A stretch of DNA of 64,000 nt from contig CAWKMU010000004.1 in the NCBI GenBank assembly GCA_963850905.1, positions 128,001 to 192,000 of the forward strand, given 5' to 3'. Shown piece after piece: positions 40,473 to 49,614 of the stretch (positions within the stretch are counted from its first letter, which is position 1; every line of letters starts with the position of its first letter). Source of the DNA: an uncultured Gemmatimonadales bacterium. GTDB taxonomy: Bacteria; Gemmatimonadota; Gemmatimonadetes; Gemmatimonadales; Gemmatimonadaceae. The notes under the pieces are model-generated. The model did no database searches and had not been told where the DNA came from. It saw only the letters and a program-made list of their open reading frames with translations. Made by a program: the position numbers and the translations under genes.

Positions 40473-41114
40473 CTACCCGTTCCATTGCTTGACGACCACA
40501 CGCGCCGGTCGGAGCAGCTGACCGTTGAATACGTAACCCGGCTGATACACCCGCGCGACGAGGTGATCGTCCTCCGGGCTCAGGGCACGCTCCGTCGCAA
40601 CGGCCTCGTGTAGTTTTGGATCAAATGCATGGTCGACCGGGTTCACGATCTCGAGACCCGCGGCGTTGAGTGCCTTGAGGAGCTTGCGCTCGACAAGGTC
40701 GACGCCGTGAGTCAGGGTCGCGGGGTCGATCGACGCAGGATCGATGTGCGCGAACCGCGACAGATCATCGAGGCCGTCAATCAGTTGCTTGACCAGATCC
40801 GCTTGCCCTCGCGTGCTCGCCTCGATTCGCTCGCGTGTCGCGCGTTTGCGGTAGTTCTCATATTCCGCAGCCAGGCGTAGATACTTGTCCCGGAGCTCGG
40901 CCACTTCCGCCGTCACCGCAGAGGCATCCCCAGCACCGCCCGTGGGCTCGGGACTTTCGGCCACGTTCGCCTCCCGCGCGTCCCGGTCGGCTGGTGTCAT
41001 CTCGACGCCAGGCGCGGTCGCCGTGGGGTCGTTCTCCGTACTGGGGTCGCTTCCACGCGGATCGCCGTCGGCCTGCGACTCGACTGGACCGTCGGCGCCC
41101 TGATCGTACTGCAT
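40473..41114 (-). CDS. grpE: Nucleotide exchange factor GrpE
   Basis: YLRLAAEYENYRKR, FDPKLHEAV, GY..NGQLLRPARVVV; start may be 41144. Confidence 0.95.
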   Translation of the reverse strand: MQYDQGADGPVESQADGDPRGSDPSTENDPTATAPGVEMTPADRDAREANVAESPEPTGGAGDASAVTAEVAELRDKYLRLAAEYENYRKRATRERIEASTRGQADLVKQLIDGLDDLSRFAHIDPASIDPATLTHGVDLVERKLLKALNAAGLEIVNPVDHAFDPKLHEAVATERALSPEDDHLVARVYQPGYVFNGQLLRPARVVVKQWNG

Positions 41115-41314
41115 ACCGTGTCGTGCTCGGCGAGAGAAAGCCATGTTGGGAAGGGTCGGGAGCCAGCGTTGAAGTTCGGAATGAGGGCGGACGGGGCGAG
41201 CCCGGCGGCCCCTGGCAACGCGCATCGAGTCGAAATTTCGGCGCCGCCCAACGCAGGTGCAACGGGCGTGCCCTCTGGCGCTGCCGCATCGGCAGGCTGG
41301 ACAGGGCGCTCCTG

Positions 41315-42595
41315 TCAGTCCAGAAGCGCGCGACGCACCATGTCCAGGGCGGCTTGCGCCGCCCGACGCCGGATCTCGTTGCGGTCACCGACGAATGCGA
41401 ATCGCCTCGCCGCCACAAGGGCGACGTCACTCGCGGGTCCCGGGGCCGATAGTCCGATCCACACGGTCCCGACTGGCTTCTCGGGCGAGCCACCGTCCGG
41501 TCCGGCGATCCCGGTCACGCTCACCCCGATGTCGGCGCGGAGCTGCGCGCGCACACCTCGCGCCATCGTGAGAGCGACGGGCTCGCTAACAGCGCCCGTT
41601 GCAACGATCTCCGCTTCCGGGACGCCAAGCAGCTCCGTTTTGACCGCGTTGTCGTAGGCCAGGACGCCGCCCAAGAACACCTCGCTCGATCCCGGTATTG
41701 CCGTGAGCCGTGCACCAAGCATACCGCCCGTGCAGCTCTCCGCGACCGCCAGATGAAGGCCACGGGCCCGGCACGCGTCGAGCACGACGGCGGCGAGATC
41801 CACCCCGTCCTCTCCATAGACAAACCGTCCAATCCGTTCCCGTAGCTGCGCGATGCCAGCCGCGAGCATCCGGTCCGCGTCGTGCGGCGACACGTCTCGC
41901 GCCGTGAGACGCAAGTCCACGCCGTCCTCGCCGGGCAGATACGCCAACGGCATACCCCCCGTTCCGGACGCCAGATCACCCAGTCGCTCGGCCGCCGCCG
42001 ATTCCGCAATCCCGGTCGTGCGTAGCGTGCGCGATCGCACGACCGTGGTGGCGTCAATGCCACGGTCGCGCAGGCGCGGGAGTAGGGTGTCCTGCAGCAT
42101 CGCGCGCATCTCGCGCGGCACGCCGGGCAGCATCGCGACCCAACGGCCCTTTGCATCCTCCAACCAAATCCCGGGCGCAGTGCCGTGGTTGTTCACCAGC
42201 ACGACCGCCCCGTCGGGGATCAACGCTTGCTGGCGATTCGTCGCCGGCGGCGTGCCAGGCAGTCCCCGATCTCGCCACCGCTGCTCGATCCGCGCGTACG
42301 CCGATTCGTCGAAGTGCATGCCACGGCCGAACAGCGCCGCGATGGCCGGCTTCGTCAGGTCATCACTCGTCGGCCCAAGCCCGCCAGTCGTGACGACGGC
42401 GCCCGTCCGGTCGAGCGCGTCTCCAACGGCACTTGCGATGTCCTCTGCGATGTCGCCAACGGTCGCCCGACGGACCAGCTGCACACCGACATCGGCCAGC
42501 TCGCGTGCCAGGTAGGCAGCGTTCGTATCGATTGTAAAGCCGAGGAGAAGCTCATCCCCGATGGTGATCAGTTCGATGCGCAAACAGGCCGCCAT
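41315..42595 (-). CDS. cinA: Competence/damage-inducible protein A (MoCF-like plus NMN deamidase)
   Basis: IGDELLLG..IDTN, GGLGPTSDDLT, GTAPG, AESCTGG, TGIAGPDGG..EKPVG. Confidence 0.96.
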   Translation of the reverse strand: MAACLRIELITIGDELLLGFTIDTNAAYLARELADVGVQLVRRATVGDIAEDIASAVGDALDRTGAVVTTGGLGPTSDDLTKPAIAALFGRGMHFDESAYARIEQRWRDRGLPGTPPATNRQQALIPDGAVVLVNNHGTAPGIWLEDAKGRWVAMLPGVPREMRAMLQDTLLPRLRDRGIDATTVVRSRTLRTTGIAESAAAERLGDLASGTGGMPLAYLPGEDGVDLRLTARDVSPHDADRMLAAGIAQLRERIGRFVYGEDGVDLAAVVLDACRARGLHLAVAESCTGGMLGARLTAIPGSSEVFLGGVLAYDNAVKTELLGVPEAEIVATGAVSEPVALTMARGVRAQLRADIGVSVTGIAGPDGGSPEKPVGTVWIGLSAPGPASDVALVAARRFAFVGDRNEIRRRAAQAALDMVRRALLD

Positions 42596-43259
42596 ATCGG
42601 AGCAGGTACTGCGCCAAAGAATAGAGCGTGAGGGAGACCGCGCCCGCCATTGCACCGACACCAACGGTACCGATGAACATGGCGATCGGACGCCATGCTG
42701 GCAGACCGGTCCACCCGTACACCGTCGCCGCGCGACTGGCGGCGAACCAGAACAGGGCGGTCCCCATCCACGTCCACTGGAACCCGGTCTTCAGTTTCGC
42801 GGATCCGATCGCGCCGATCACGACGCCGCGCCACGCCGCGGCCTGACGAAACAACGTCATGAACAACTCGCGCCCGAGCACGACGACGAGGACCCACAGC
42901 GGGAGCCCGACCATACCCAACGGCGTCATGAACGGAGCCGGCTCGCGCCACACCTGAGGCAGTGCCGACAGGGCGACCGTCGCCGGTATGTTGTCGATCC
43001 CGGTGCCTTGCAGCAGAAAGATGGGGACCAGCGCGGCGACCAACAGCACCTTATCCGCGAGCGGATCGAGGAGGCGCCCGAGATTCGTGACCAGGTTGCG
43101 ATCGCGCGCCAGTTTGCCGTCGATGTAGTCAGTGGCCGCCGCGACCACAAACACCGTGAACGCGAGCAGCCGCAGCGGCCACGCTGGCGCCAACGCGAGG
43201 ATGGCCAAGGCCGGCGCGATTGCGATGCGTCCGATGGTGAGAGCGTTCGGCAGGTTCAC
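42552..43259 (-). CDS. pgsA: CDP-alcohol phosphatidyltransferase (PgsA-like)
   Basis: NLPNALT..R, TDYIDGKLAR...VTNLGRLLDPLADK, RE. Confidence 0.9.
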   Translation of the reverse strand: MNLPNALTIGRIAIAPALAILALAPAWPLRLLAFTVFVVAAATDYIDGKLARDRNLVTNLGRLLDPLADKVLLVAALVPIFLLQGTGIDNIPATVALSALPQVWREPAPFMTPLGMVGLPLWVLVVVLGRELFMTLFRQAAAWRGVVIGAIGSAKLKTGFQWTWMGTALFWFAASRAATVYGWTGLPAWRPIAMFIGTVGVGAMAGAVSLTLYSLAQYLLRYGGLFAHRTDHHRG

Positions 43260-43313
43260 GATGTGGGCAATCTAACAGGCAGGGACGACGCGATCAGTGC
43301 AGACTATGACGGC

Positions 43314-43426
43314 GGGGTCAAGGGTCAGGTGTCAGGTGTCAGGGAACAAATCAAAGGCCAGCTACGGTGGTGCGTCGCTGGCCGAGGGCGTCGTTCCCAG
43401 ACCCCAGACCCCAGCCCCTTGCTCCC
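43314..43426. repeat. Heptamer-armed hairpin element, divergent copy 4
   Basis: GGGGTCA/GGTGTCA units, GGGAAC...GGCCAGC-N14-GCTGGCC...GTTCCC, AGACCCC units; 13 nt from mglA stop. Confidence 0.7.
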
Positions 43427-43439
43427 GCGGTTCCGGCCT

Positions 43440-44118
43440 TTAGGCCAGCGACTTGAGCACCAACTTGCTCACGGCCTTCAATGTGTCGAACACCCCGTCA
43501 CCGCTGACCGCGACAGCCTCCGAGTACGGCGCGCGCTCGACCCATTCGCCCGTCGGAATCTGCTCGATGAGGTTCTCGCCGGGGTGAGCCAGGTCCGGAG
43601 TGACCCGATGGCGGGTCGTGTCCTCGACCTCCCATCCGGGATTCAGCGCCGCCTTGCAGATCGTTGATCGCCGCGGCATTAGGCAAGTCGCGTTTGTTGT
43701 ACTGCACGATGAATGGCATGCGACGGAGGTCGTAGCCATATTCGGCCATGTTGTCGTACAGATTCTGCATCGCCTCCTGGTTGGCCTCCATGCGCTCGAT
43801 CTGCGAGTCGGCCACAAACACGATGCCGTCGACGCCCTTCAATATCAGCTTTCGGCTGGCGTTGTAATAGACCTGGCCGGGCACCGTGTAGAGGTGAAAT
43901 CGGGTCTTGAAGCCACGGATCGTCCCCAGGTCGACGGGGAGAAAATCGAAGAACAGCGTGCGCTCCGTCTCTGTCGCCAGGGAAATGAGCTTCCCCCGCG
44001 TGTCGGGCTGCACCTTGGTGTACACGTGCTCGAGGTTCGTCGTCTTGCCCCCGAGCCCGGGCCCGTAATAGACGATCTTGCAGTTGATCTCGCGCGAGGC
44101 GTAGTTGATCATCGACAC
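43440..44118 (-). CDS. mglA: MglA-type small Ras-like GTPase, one frameshift near 43652
   Basis: [49 protein letters not shown]. Confidence 0.95.
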
Positions 44119-44136
44119 GACGGGGCCCTCCGTTCC

Positions 44137-44622
44137 CTACTGGAACAGTCGGTCGATCTCATCATCCGCGCCGGCAAGCAGATTGTGTGTCGTGGGGCCA
44201 CCCTCCGCCCCGCGGAGGAAGACCTGCTCGAACAGACGGGTGAGGTCATCGACCGCACCCTTCATTTTCAGGCGAACGAGTCCGAGGGTCGTGCGGTTGT
44301 CGAACAGCACCACCAGGATCACCCGCCGCGCCACATCCGCCAGGTACATCGATTCGCGCTCACCCTGGTGAAACAGCGTGTTGAAATCACGCTCACCAAT
44401 CAGGCGAGCCAGCTGGTCGTTCGCGCTGAAGTCCGCGGCTGTCAGCGTCGCGAAAGCAGTCGGGTCGAAGGCAGGAGGCTCACCAACCGTGGTGACCAGC
44501 TGTCCGGTTCGATCCACCAGGAGCGCGCAGCGGGCGTTGCTCTCGTACAGGAAGCGCTGCAGCGATTGGGTGATTGCGCCGTAGTCATCTTCTGTGAAGG
44601 ACCAACTCGCTGCGCCAACCAT
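44137..44622 (-). CDS. mglB: MglB-type roadblock/LC7 GTPase-activating protein
   Basis: LVDRTGQL, LARLIGERDFNTLFHQGE, LFDNRTTLGLVRL, DDEIDRLF; adjacent to mglA. Confidence 0.93.
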   Translation of the reverse strand: MVGAASWSFTEDDYGAITQSLQRFLYESNARCALLVDRTGQLVTTVGEPPAFDPTAFATLTAADFSANDQLARLIGERDFNTLFHQGERESMYLADVARRVILVVLFDNRTTLGLVRLKMKGAVDDLTRLFEQVFLRGAEGGPTTHNLLAGADDEIDRLFQ

Positions 44623-44631
44623 GTGGCCTAC

Positions 44632-44964
44632 CTATTGGAGTGACGCCTCCACGTGCCGCAGCACCTGCCGGCCGCGCCGTCGGAGGACGGGTCGCGCTTC
44701 CCACCTGACGTAGTCGCGCAGGAGCCGCGCGGTGGCCGCCGAGGGTTGCCGGCTGAGATACCCTAGCGCTGCCAGCCGCTGCAGCGGATTCCGGCTAAAC
44801 AAGCCTCGCCGATGCCGCTGCTGCTGACCGCTCCAGAGTACAACGCCAATCGCGAGCCCGCTAACGAAGCCGAGCGTCGCGAGTCCAGCCGCCCCCCGGG
44901 CGCCCACGCTGCCGGGGTAACGCGTGCCGACGACGACTACGAGCCGCCGGCCCGTCAGCTTCAC
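44632..44964 (-). CDS. Small membrane-anchored hypothetical protein
   Basis: One TM; GTGA overlap with recR stop. Confidence 0.7.
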   Translation of the reverse strand: MKLTGRRLVVVVGTRYPGSVGARGAAGLATLGFVSGLAIGVVLWSGQQQRHRRGLFSRNPLQRLAALGYLSRQPSAATARLLRDYVRWEARPVLRRRGRQVLRHVEASLQ

Positions 44965-45551
44965 CGCATCTCCCGGCGGGCTGACAGCGCCTGCGCGATA
45001 GTGACGCCGTCCGCGTACTCAAGGTCACCTCCGACCGGTAATCCACGGGCGATACGCGAGACGGTCAGGGGGAAGGACGCCAGCTGCCGCTGGAGGTACA
45101 GAGCCGTCGCCTCCCCTTCGAGACTCGGGTTCGTCGCGATGATAACCTCTCGCACCGCACCGTCGGCGACTCGGGCCACAAGCTGCGAGACCGTCAAATC
45201 CTCGGGGCCAACCCCGTCCAAAGGCGAGAGCCTCCCCCCAAGCACATGATAGAGGCCGCGGAACTCCCCGGCCCGTTCGATGGCACCGATATCGGACGCC
45301 TCCTCGACCGCGCAAATCAGGGCGTTGTCGCGCCGCTTGTCGCGGCATATGCCGCAGACGTCGTCCTCGGTCAAGTTGAAACACCGTTCGCACGTCCGGA
45401 CGCGGTCGGACACCGCCAGCAGGGCACCCGCCAACCGCCGACTCTGCTCAGCCGGATGCTTGAGGAGATGGTACGTCAAACGCAGGGCCGTCTTGCGCCC
45501 AATACCCGGCAGCTTGGCCAACTCGGTCGCCAGATCATCGATCACTGACAC
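44961..45551 (-). CDS. recR: Recombination mediator RecR
   Basis: LPGIGRKTALR, C4 zinc finger, YHVLGGRLSP, EGEATA, RIARGLP. Confidence 0.97.
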   Translation of the reverse strand: MSVIDDLATELAKLPGIGRKTALRLTYHLLKHPAEQSRRLAGALLAVSDRVRTCERCFNLTEDDVCGICRDKRRDNALICAVEEASDIGAIERAGEFRGLYHVLGGRLSPLDGVGPEDLTVSQLVARVADGAVREVIIATNPSLEGEATALYLQRQLASFPLTVSRIARGLPVGGDLEYADGVTIAQALSARREMR

Positions 45552-45627
45552 GTCTACTCCGCCTGCGGGTGTCCTGCGGTACACCCGCATCTGGTGCTCG
45601 GCCGCGGCATACACCGCCGTAGCCTTG

Positions 45628-45945
45628 TCAGAACGGGAGCTTGAACGGCAAGGGCAGACCACCCGTCAGCTTGCCCATCTCGGCTTGGGCCAGCGCGGTC
45701 GCCTTTGTCTGCGCATCCGCCACCGCCACAACGATCAGATCCTCGAGCATCTCGACGTCGCTCGCCGACACGACGCTGGGATCCAACTTCACCCGCCGGA
45801 TCTGCCCTTTGCCATCGGCTTCCACGGTGACCATGCCACCACCGGCACTGCCGGTGACGGTCTGCTGCTGGAGTTGATCCTGGAGTTCCTGCAACCGGCC
45901 CTGCATCTGCTGTGCCTGCTGCAGGATCTTCATGATATCCGCCAT
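45628..45945 (-). CDS. ybaB: YbaB/EbfC nucleoid-associated protein
   Basis: QAQQMQ, GSAGGGMV, EMLEDLIV.A; between dnaX and recR. Confidence 0.96.
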   Translation of the reverse strand: MADIMKILQQAQQMQGRLQELQDQLQQQTVTGSAGGGMVTVEADGKGQIRRVKLDPSVVSASDVEMLEDLIVVAVADAQTKATALAQAEMGKLTGGLPLPFKLPF

Positions 45946-45975
45946 GGCCACAAATCTAATCGCTGGCCGCGGCTG

Positions 45976-47703
45976 CTACTCGATCACTTCGAGGTCCAAG
46001 GCGTCGATGGCAGCCCCGAGGACGGCGTCTCGCTTTCGCAGCGCGGCGAGCTGTTCTGCCCTGAGCGCCGCCACGCTGAGTCGCTGAGGAGGCGTCCCGC
46101 CGCCCGCCGCGCCAGGTTCGGCAACCGTAACGTGCTCGACCTGTGGCCACACGCCGCGCAGCGCCCGGACAACGTCCTCTCGTCCGGCATGCACCGCGCG
46201 GGCATATATCTCGTTGCGCTCGGCGAGCCGGAGCGTGACCACGCCGGCCTCCGGCCCTGGCTCAGGCACCGTCTGTTCGAGGGCAGCGACAAGCATCGGT
46301 GCGTGGCGTTCGCGGCGAACGGTCGCAATGATCTCTGGCCAGCGCGCACGCAGCGCCTCCGCATCGATCGCGGCCGCACTCGCACCCTGCACCACGCGGT
46401 CGGGCACACGTCGGGCGTCTTCAGTCTTCGGCTCCCTCGCCGCACTCGCCACGGAAGACGCTGGCATCGATTGACGCGTCTCCCGCGAGCCCGCCCCCGA
46501 CCCCGGTCGCTGGCCGGGCGTCGGTGGGGTTTCCGGCTGAGACGTCGAACCTGGGCTCTGATTCTCCAGCGTACGGAGTACATCCTCCAGCACGACGGAT
46601 CGATCCAGCAGGGCACAGCGCACGAGGAGCGTCTCCAGCAGGATCTGCTGCTGGCTGCTTCGGCGAAAGCGCGGCTCGAGCTCGGTCAGCGCCGACACCA
46701 TGCGCAACACATCAGCGGCGGACCACGTGTCGCGATGGCCCTCGAGCGCCCGCTGCGTTCGCTCGCTCACCGCCGGCACCTCGGCCCCGAGCAGTACCGC
46801 GAGTTGCGAGCGAAGGAGATCGGCGAACGCCGCGAGGAACGCAGAAAAATCGACGCCCGCGTCCGCCAACCGGTCGACCGCTGGAAAAATCGCCGCCGCG
46901 TCGCCTCGCGCGATCAGCTCGAGGATCGCGACGCACTCATCCTCGCTCACCAAGCCGAGCGCATCGCGCACCAACTGCGTCGTAACGGCCGTGACGTCAC
47001 CCAATGCCAGTACCTGGTCGGTCAGGCTCAACGCGTCACGCATCGATCCATCGGCCGCCCGAGCGATCAGGGCGAGCGCGTCGTCCTCGGCGCCCACCTG
47101 CTCCCGCGCGAGCACATCACGGAGACGCTGCCGGATGACGGCAGACCCGATCCGCTTGAGGTCGAACCGCTGCAGTCGACTCAGCACCGGCGCGGCAGCC
47201 TGCGCGATTTTCTGCGGCTCCGTCGTGGCGAACACAAAAACCACACGCGGTGGCGGCTCCTCCAGGATCTTCAGAAGCGCGTTCCACGCTTCACGCGTGA
47301 GCATGTGCGCCTCATCGACGATGTACACCTTGTACCGCTCCGCGGTGGACGGGGCGTACATGGCCCGCTCGCGCAAGTCGCGAGCGTCGTCCACACCGCG
47401 ATTCGATGCTGCGTCGATCTCGACGACGTCGAGGCTGGCCGACCCGCTCCAGATGCGCTGGCATGACGTGCACTCGCCGCAGGGCTCGCCGTCATCCCGT
47501 CCTGCGCGGCGCTCGCAGTTGAGCGCCATCGCCAGGACGCGCGCCAGCGTAGTCTTCCCCGTGCCGCGCGGTCCGCAGAACAGATAGCCGTGCGCTACAC
47601 GGTCATGGGCGATGGCGCCTTTGAGGGTCGTCGCGACGTGCGACTGCACCGCGACATCGGCGAACGACTTCGGACGGTACTTGCGGGCGAGAGCGAGCGG
47701 CAT
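45976..47703 (-). CDS. dnaX: DNA polymerase III subunit gamma/tau
   Basis: LARKYRP, GPRGTGKTT, EIDAASNRGVD, IVDEAHML, LLKILEEPP. Confidence 0.97.
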   Translation of the reverse strand: MPLALARKYRPKSFADVAVQSHVATTLKGAIAHDRVAHGYLFCGPRGTGKTTLARVLAMALNCERRAGRDDGEPCGECTSCQRIWSGSASLDVVEIDAASNRGVDDARDLRERAMYAPSTAERYKVYIVDEAHMLTREAWNALLKILEEPPPRVVFVFATTEPQKIAQAAAPVLSRLQRFDLKRIGSAVIRQRLRDVLAREQVGAEDDALALIARAADGSMRDALSLTDQVLALGDVTAVTTQLVRDALGLVSEDECVAILELIARGDAAAIFPAVDRLADAGVDFSAFLAAFADLLRSQLAVLLGAEVPAVSERTQRALEGHRDTWSAADVLRMVSALTELEPRFRRSSQQQILLETLLVRCALLDRSVVLEDVLRTLENQSPGSTSQPETPPTPGQRPGSGAGSRETRQSMPASSVASAAREPKTEDARRVPDRVVQGASAAAIDAEALRARWPEIIATVRRERHAPMLVAALEQTVPEPGPEAGVVTLRLAERNEIYARAVHAGREDVVRALRGVWPQVEHVTVAEPGAAGGGTPPQRLSVAALRAEQLAALRKRDAVLGAAIDALDLEVIE

Positions 47704-47799
47704 CGACGTCGGTCCAGGACGAACCCGACCGGTGGGAGATGAAAAGCGCGGGCGTGTCGTCGCCTCACCGACGAGGCGACACATTCGGCCCGCGCAATA

Positions 47800-47899
47800 C
47801 TCCAGGCCTGACGGAGCAACGAAAGACACCGCATGCCGCTGCTACCTGCGGGGTCCTGACGGGATTAGCGGGCTCGCGCCCTCCGGGACCTGGAGCACC
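47800..47899 (-). ncRNA. ffs: Signal recognition particle RNA (small bacterial type)
   Basis: Minus strand GTCAGGACC-CCGCA-GGTAGCAGC (helix 8 motif), terminal CTCCAGG/CCTGGAG stem, usual position upstream of dnaX, TAACTT box just upstream. Confidence 0.9.
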
Positions 47900-47946
47900 G
47901 GTAAGTTAACGCCGGCGCACGAGAGGGGACAAGAAGGAGAATTGGG

Positions 47947-48034
47947 CACGCTGGACGCTAGACAACAAACCTCGAGGCCAGCTTAAGTGTTTCTAGCTGG
48001 CCCTCCAGGTTTGTTCACTGGCGTCCAGCGTCTA
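47947..48034. repeat. Heptamer-armed hairpin element, copy 2 (inverted relative to copies 1 and 3)
   Basis: CACGCTG-GACGCTA-GACAACAAACCTCGAGGCCAGCT...AGCTGGCCCTCCAGGTTTGTT...TGGCGTC-CAGCGTC-TA; overlaps the YihY-family gene stop. Confidence 0.88.
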
Positions 48035-49021
48035 CATCAGATTCATCTGCTGAAGCCGCCGCACGCGACGAAGCTCGTACACCTGGCCCACTTCACCGCC
48101 GATGACGAACACGAGGGCGAGGTAGTAGACCCACAGGAAGACGATGACGCCGGCGGCCAGAGCCCCGCTGTACACCGAGCCAGGATTGAAGTGGCGCAAG
48201 TAGATGCGGAACGCCGCCTTGGCGAGCTGGAACAGGATCACGGCGACGCCTGCGGATACCATCGCCTTCTTCAGCGGGATGCGGCGGCTCGGCAGGTACT
48301 TGTACAAGCAGAGGAAGATGAGGCCAACCACGAGCACGGCGAGCGCCCGGCCGGCGTTGTACTGCAGGCTTCCCATGGTCCGCGCCTCGACCCCCAGCTC
48401 GGCCAAGAGCTGCGCGCCGCGCGTCGTCGCGATGGCCAGATACGCGCTGAGCGCCGTATACGCCACGACAAGTAGCGTAGCAATGATCGTGACCCGCACA
48501 TCGAACCATTTCCCGGCGATGATGCCTCGATCGCGGTCGATGTCGAACACGCTCGCCAGGACGCTCCGCAAGGAACCAAACAACCGGGTCGAGAACCACA
48601 CGAATCCAATGGCGCCGTACAGTCCCACCCGGCTCCGTCCCCGAATCAGGTCGAGCAGCAGGGAGTGGACGAACGCCCGAGCAGTACCTGCGCCCTGCCC
48701 TGGCGGCATCAGGCGGTCGAGTAAACCCGACACGTTCACCAGCGAGGTCGTCGGCGACATGTTCAGCGCGTAGCCCAGACCGCTCACCACAAGTAGGCAA
48801 AACGGAATCGCCGCCAGGATGATGTTGAACGCGACACCGCTCGCCAGGAAGAAAATGTTGTCTTCAGCGCTGTTGTCCCACACGCGTCGCACGTAGTCCT
48901 GCAACGCAGCCTGACGCCCCCAGACTGTCCTGCGCGCCACAGCCACGACACGCGGCCAGACGGCATGGCCGGCTACCGTCGGTGACTCCATCGCCGCGTG
49001 CCCCTGGTGGATCTCCGGCAT
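48032..49021 (-). CDS. YihY/BrkB family membrane protein
   Basis: FLASGVAFN, LYKYLP, YSGALAA, FLWVYY...GGE. Confidence 0.9.
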   Translation of the reverse strand: MPEIHQGHAAMESPTVAGHAVWPRVVAVARRTVWGRQAALQDYVRRVWDNSAEDNIFFLASGVAFNIILAAIPFCLLVVSGLGYALNMSPTTSLVNVSGLLDRLMPPGQGAGTARAFVHSLLLDLIRGRSRVGLYGAIGFVWFSTRLFGSLRSVLASVFDIDRDRGIIAGKWFDVRVTIIATLLVVAYTALSAYLAIATTRGAQLLAELGVEARTMGSLQYNAGRALAVLVVGLIFLCLYKYLPSRRIPLKKAMVSAGVAVILFQLAKAAFRIYLRHFNPGSVYSGALAAGVIVFLWVYYLALVFVIGGEVGQVYELRRVRRLQQMNLM

Positions 49022-49057
49022 GCGCTCGCCCGTCGGGCGACCGTGGCCGCGGCGGCG

Positions 49058-49558
49058 CTAGCGCCCGCCGCGTTGCGCGCGGCGCTGTTCCGGTACAGGA
49101 TCCTGGGCCTGGGGCGACGACACCTCGGTAGCCGGCGGTGAGGTGTCGGAATCGGGCCGATGGGGTGCGGCAGGCTGGCTGGGACCGACGTTGTCCAGAC
49201 GCGAGCGCAGATCGCGCTCCGCTTCCCGTGCCGCCGATCGCCCCACTGCGACGGCGTCGCTCAGATGGCGACTCCGATTCGACACCGCAGCACGTGCGGA
49301 CTCGAGCCGTCGCTCCACCTCATCGCGCGCCTGGGTGAAGGTATTCGCGACCCCCTCGGCAGCATCGCGCGCGCTCTGGCGCGCTGACCGGAGTCGACCG
49401 CGCACGGCATTGCGTGTCTCCGCACCGCTCCGCGGTGCGAGCAACAGCGCGATGACCGCTCCCAGCGCTGCACCAAAGAGAAACGGCCCGAGATCGCTGG
49501 ACCGATCGGCGATGACGACATACGGCTCGTCGTCCCTGGATGGCTCATTGCGTGTCAT
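49058..49558 (-). CDS. YtxH-domain protein
   Basis: FLFGAALGAVIALLLAPRSGAETR; GAGGAG SD. Confidence 0.9.
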   Translation of the reverse strand: MTRNEPSRDDEPYVVIADRSSDLGPFLFGAALGAVIALLLAPRSGAETRNAVRGRLRSARQSARDAAEGVANTFTQARDEVERRLESARAAVSNRSRHLSDAVAVGRSAAREAERDLRSRLDNVGPSQPAAPHRPDSDTSPPATEVSSPQAQDPVPEQRRAQRGGR

Positions 49559-49614
49559 ACACACTCCTCGTCGGCGTTTCGACGGCCAGGCAGTCGCAAT
49601 CTGGTCCGCCGCGC

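Noticed and set aside
45976..47703. dnaX programmed -1 frameshift or slippage site
   Set aside because: No AAAAAAG or long A run seen on the coding strand.
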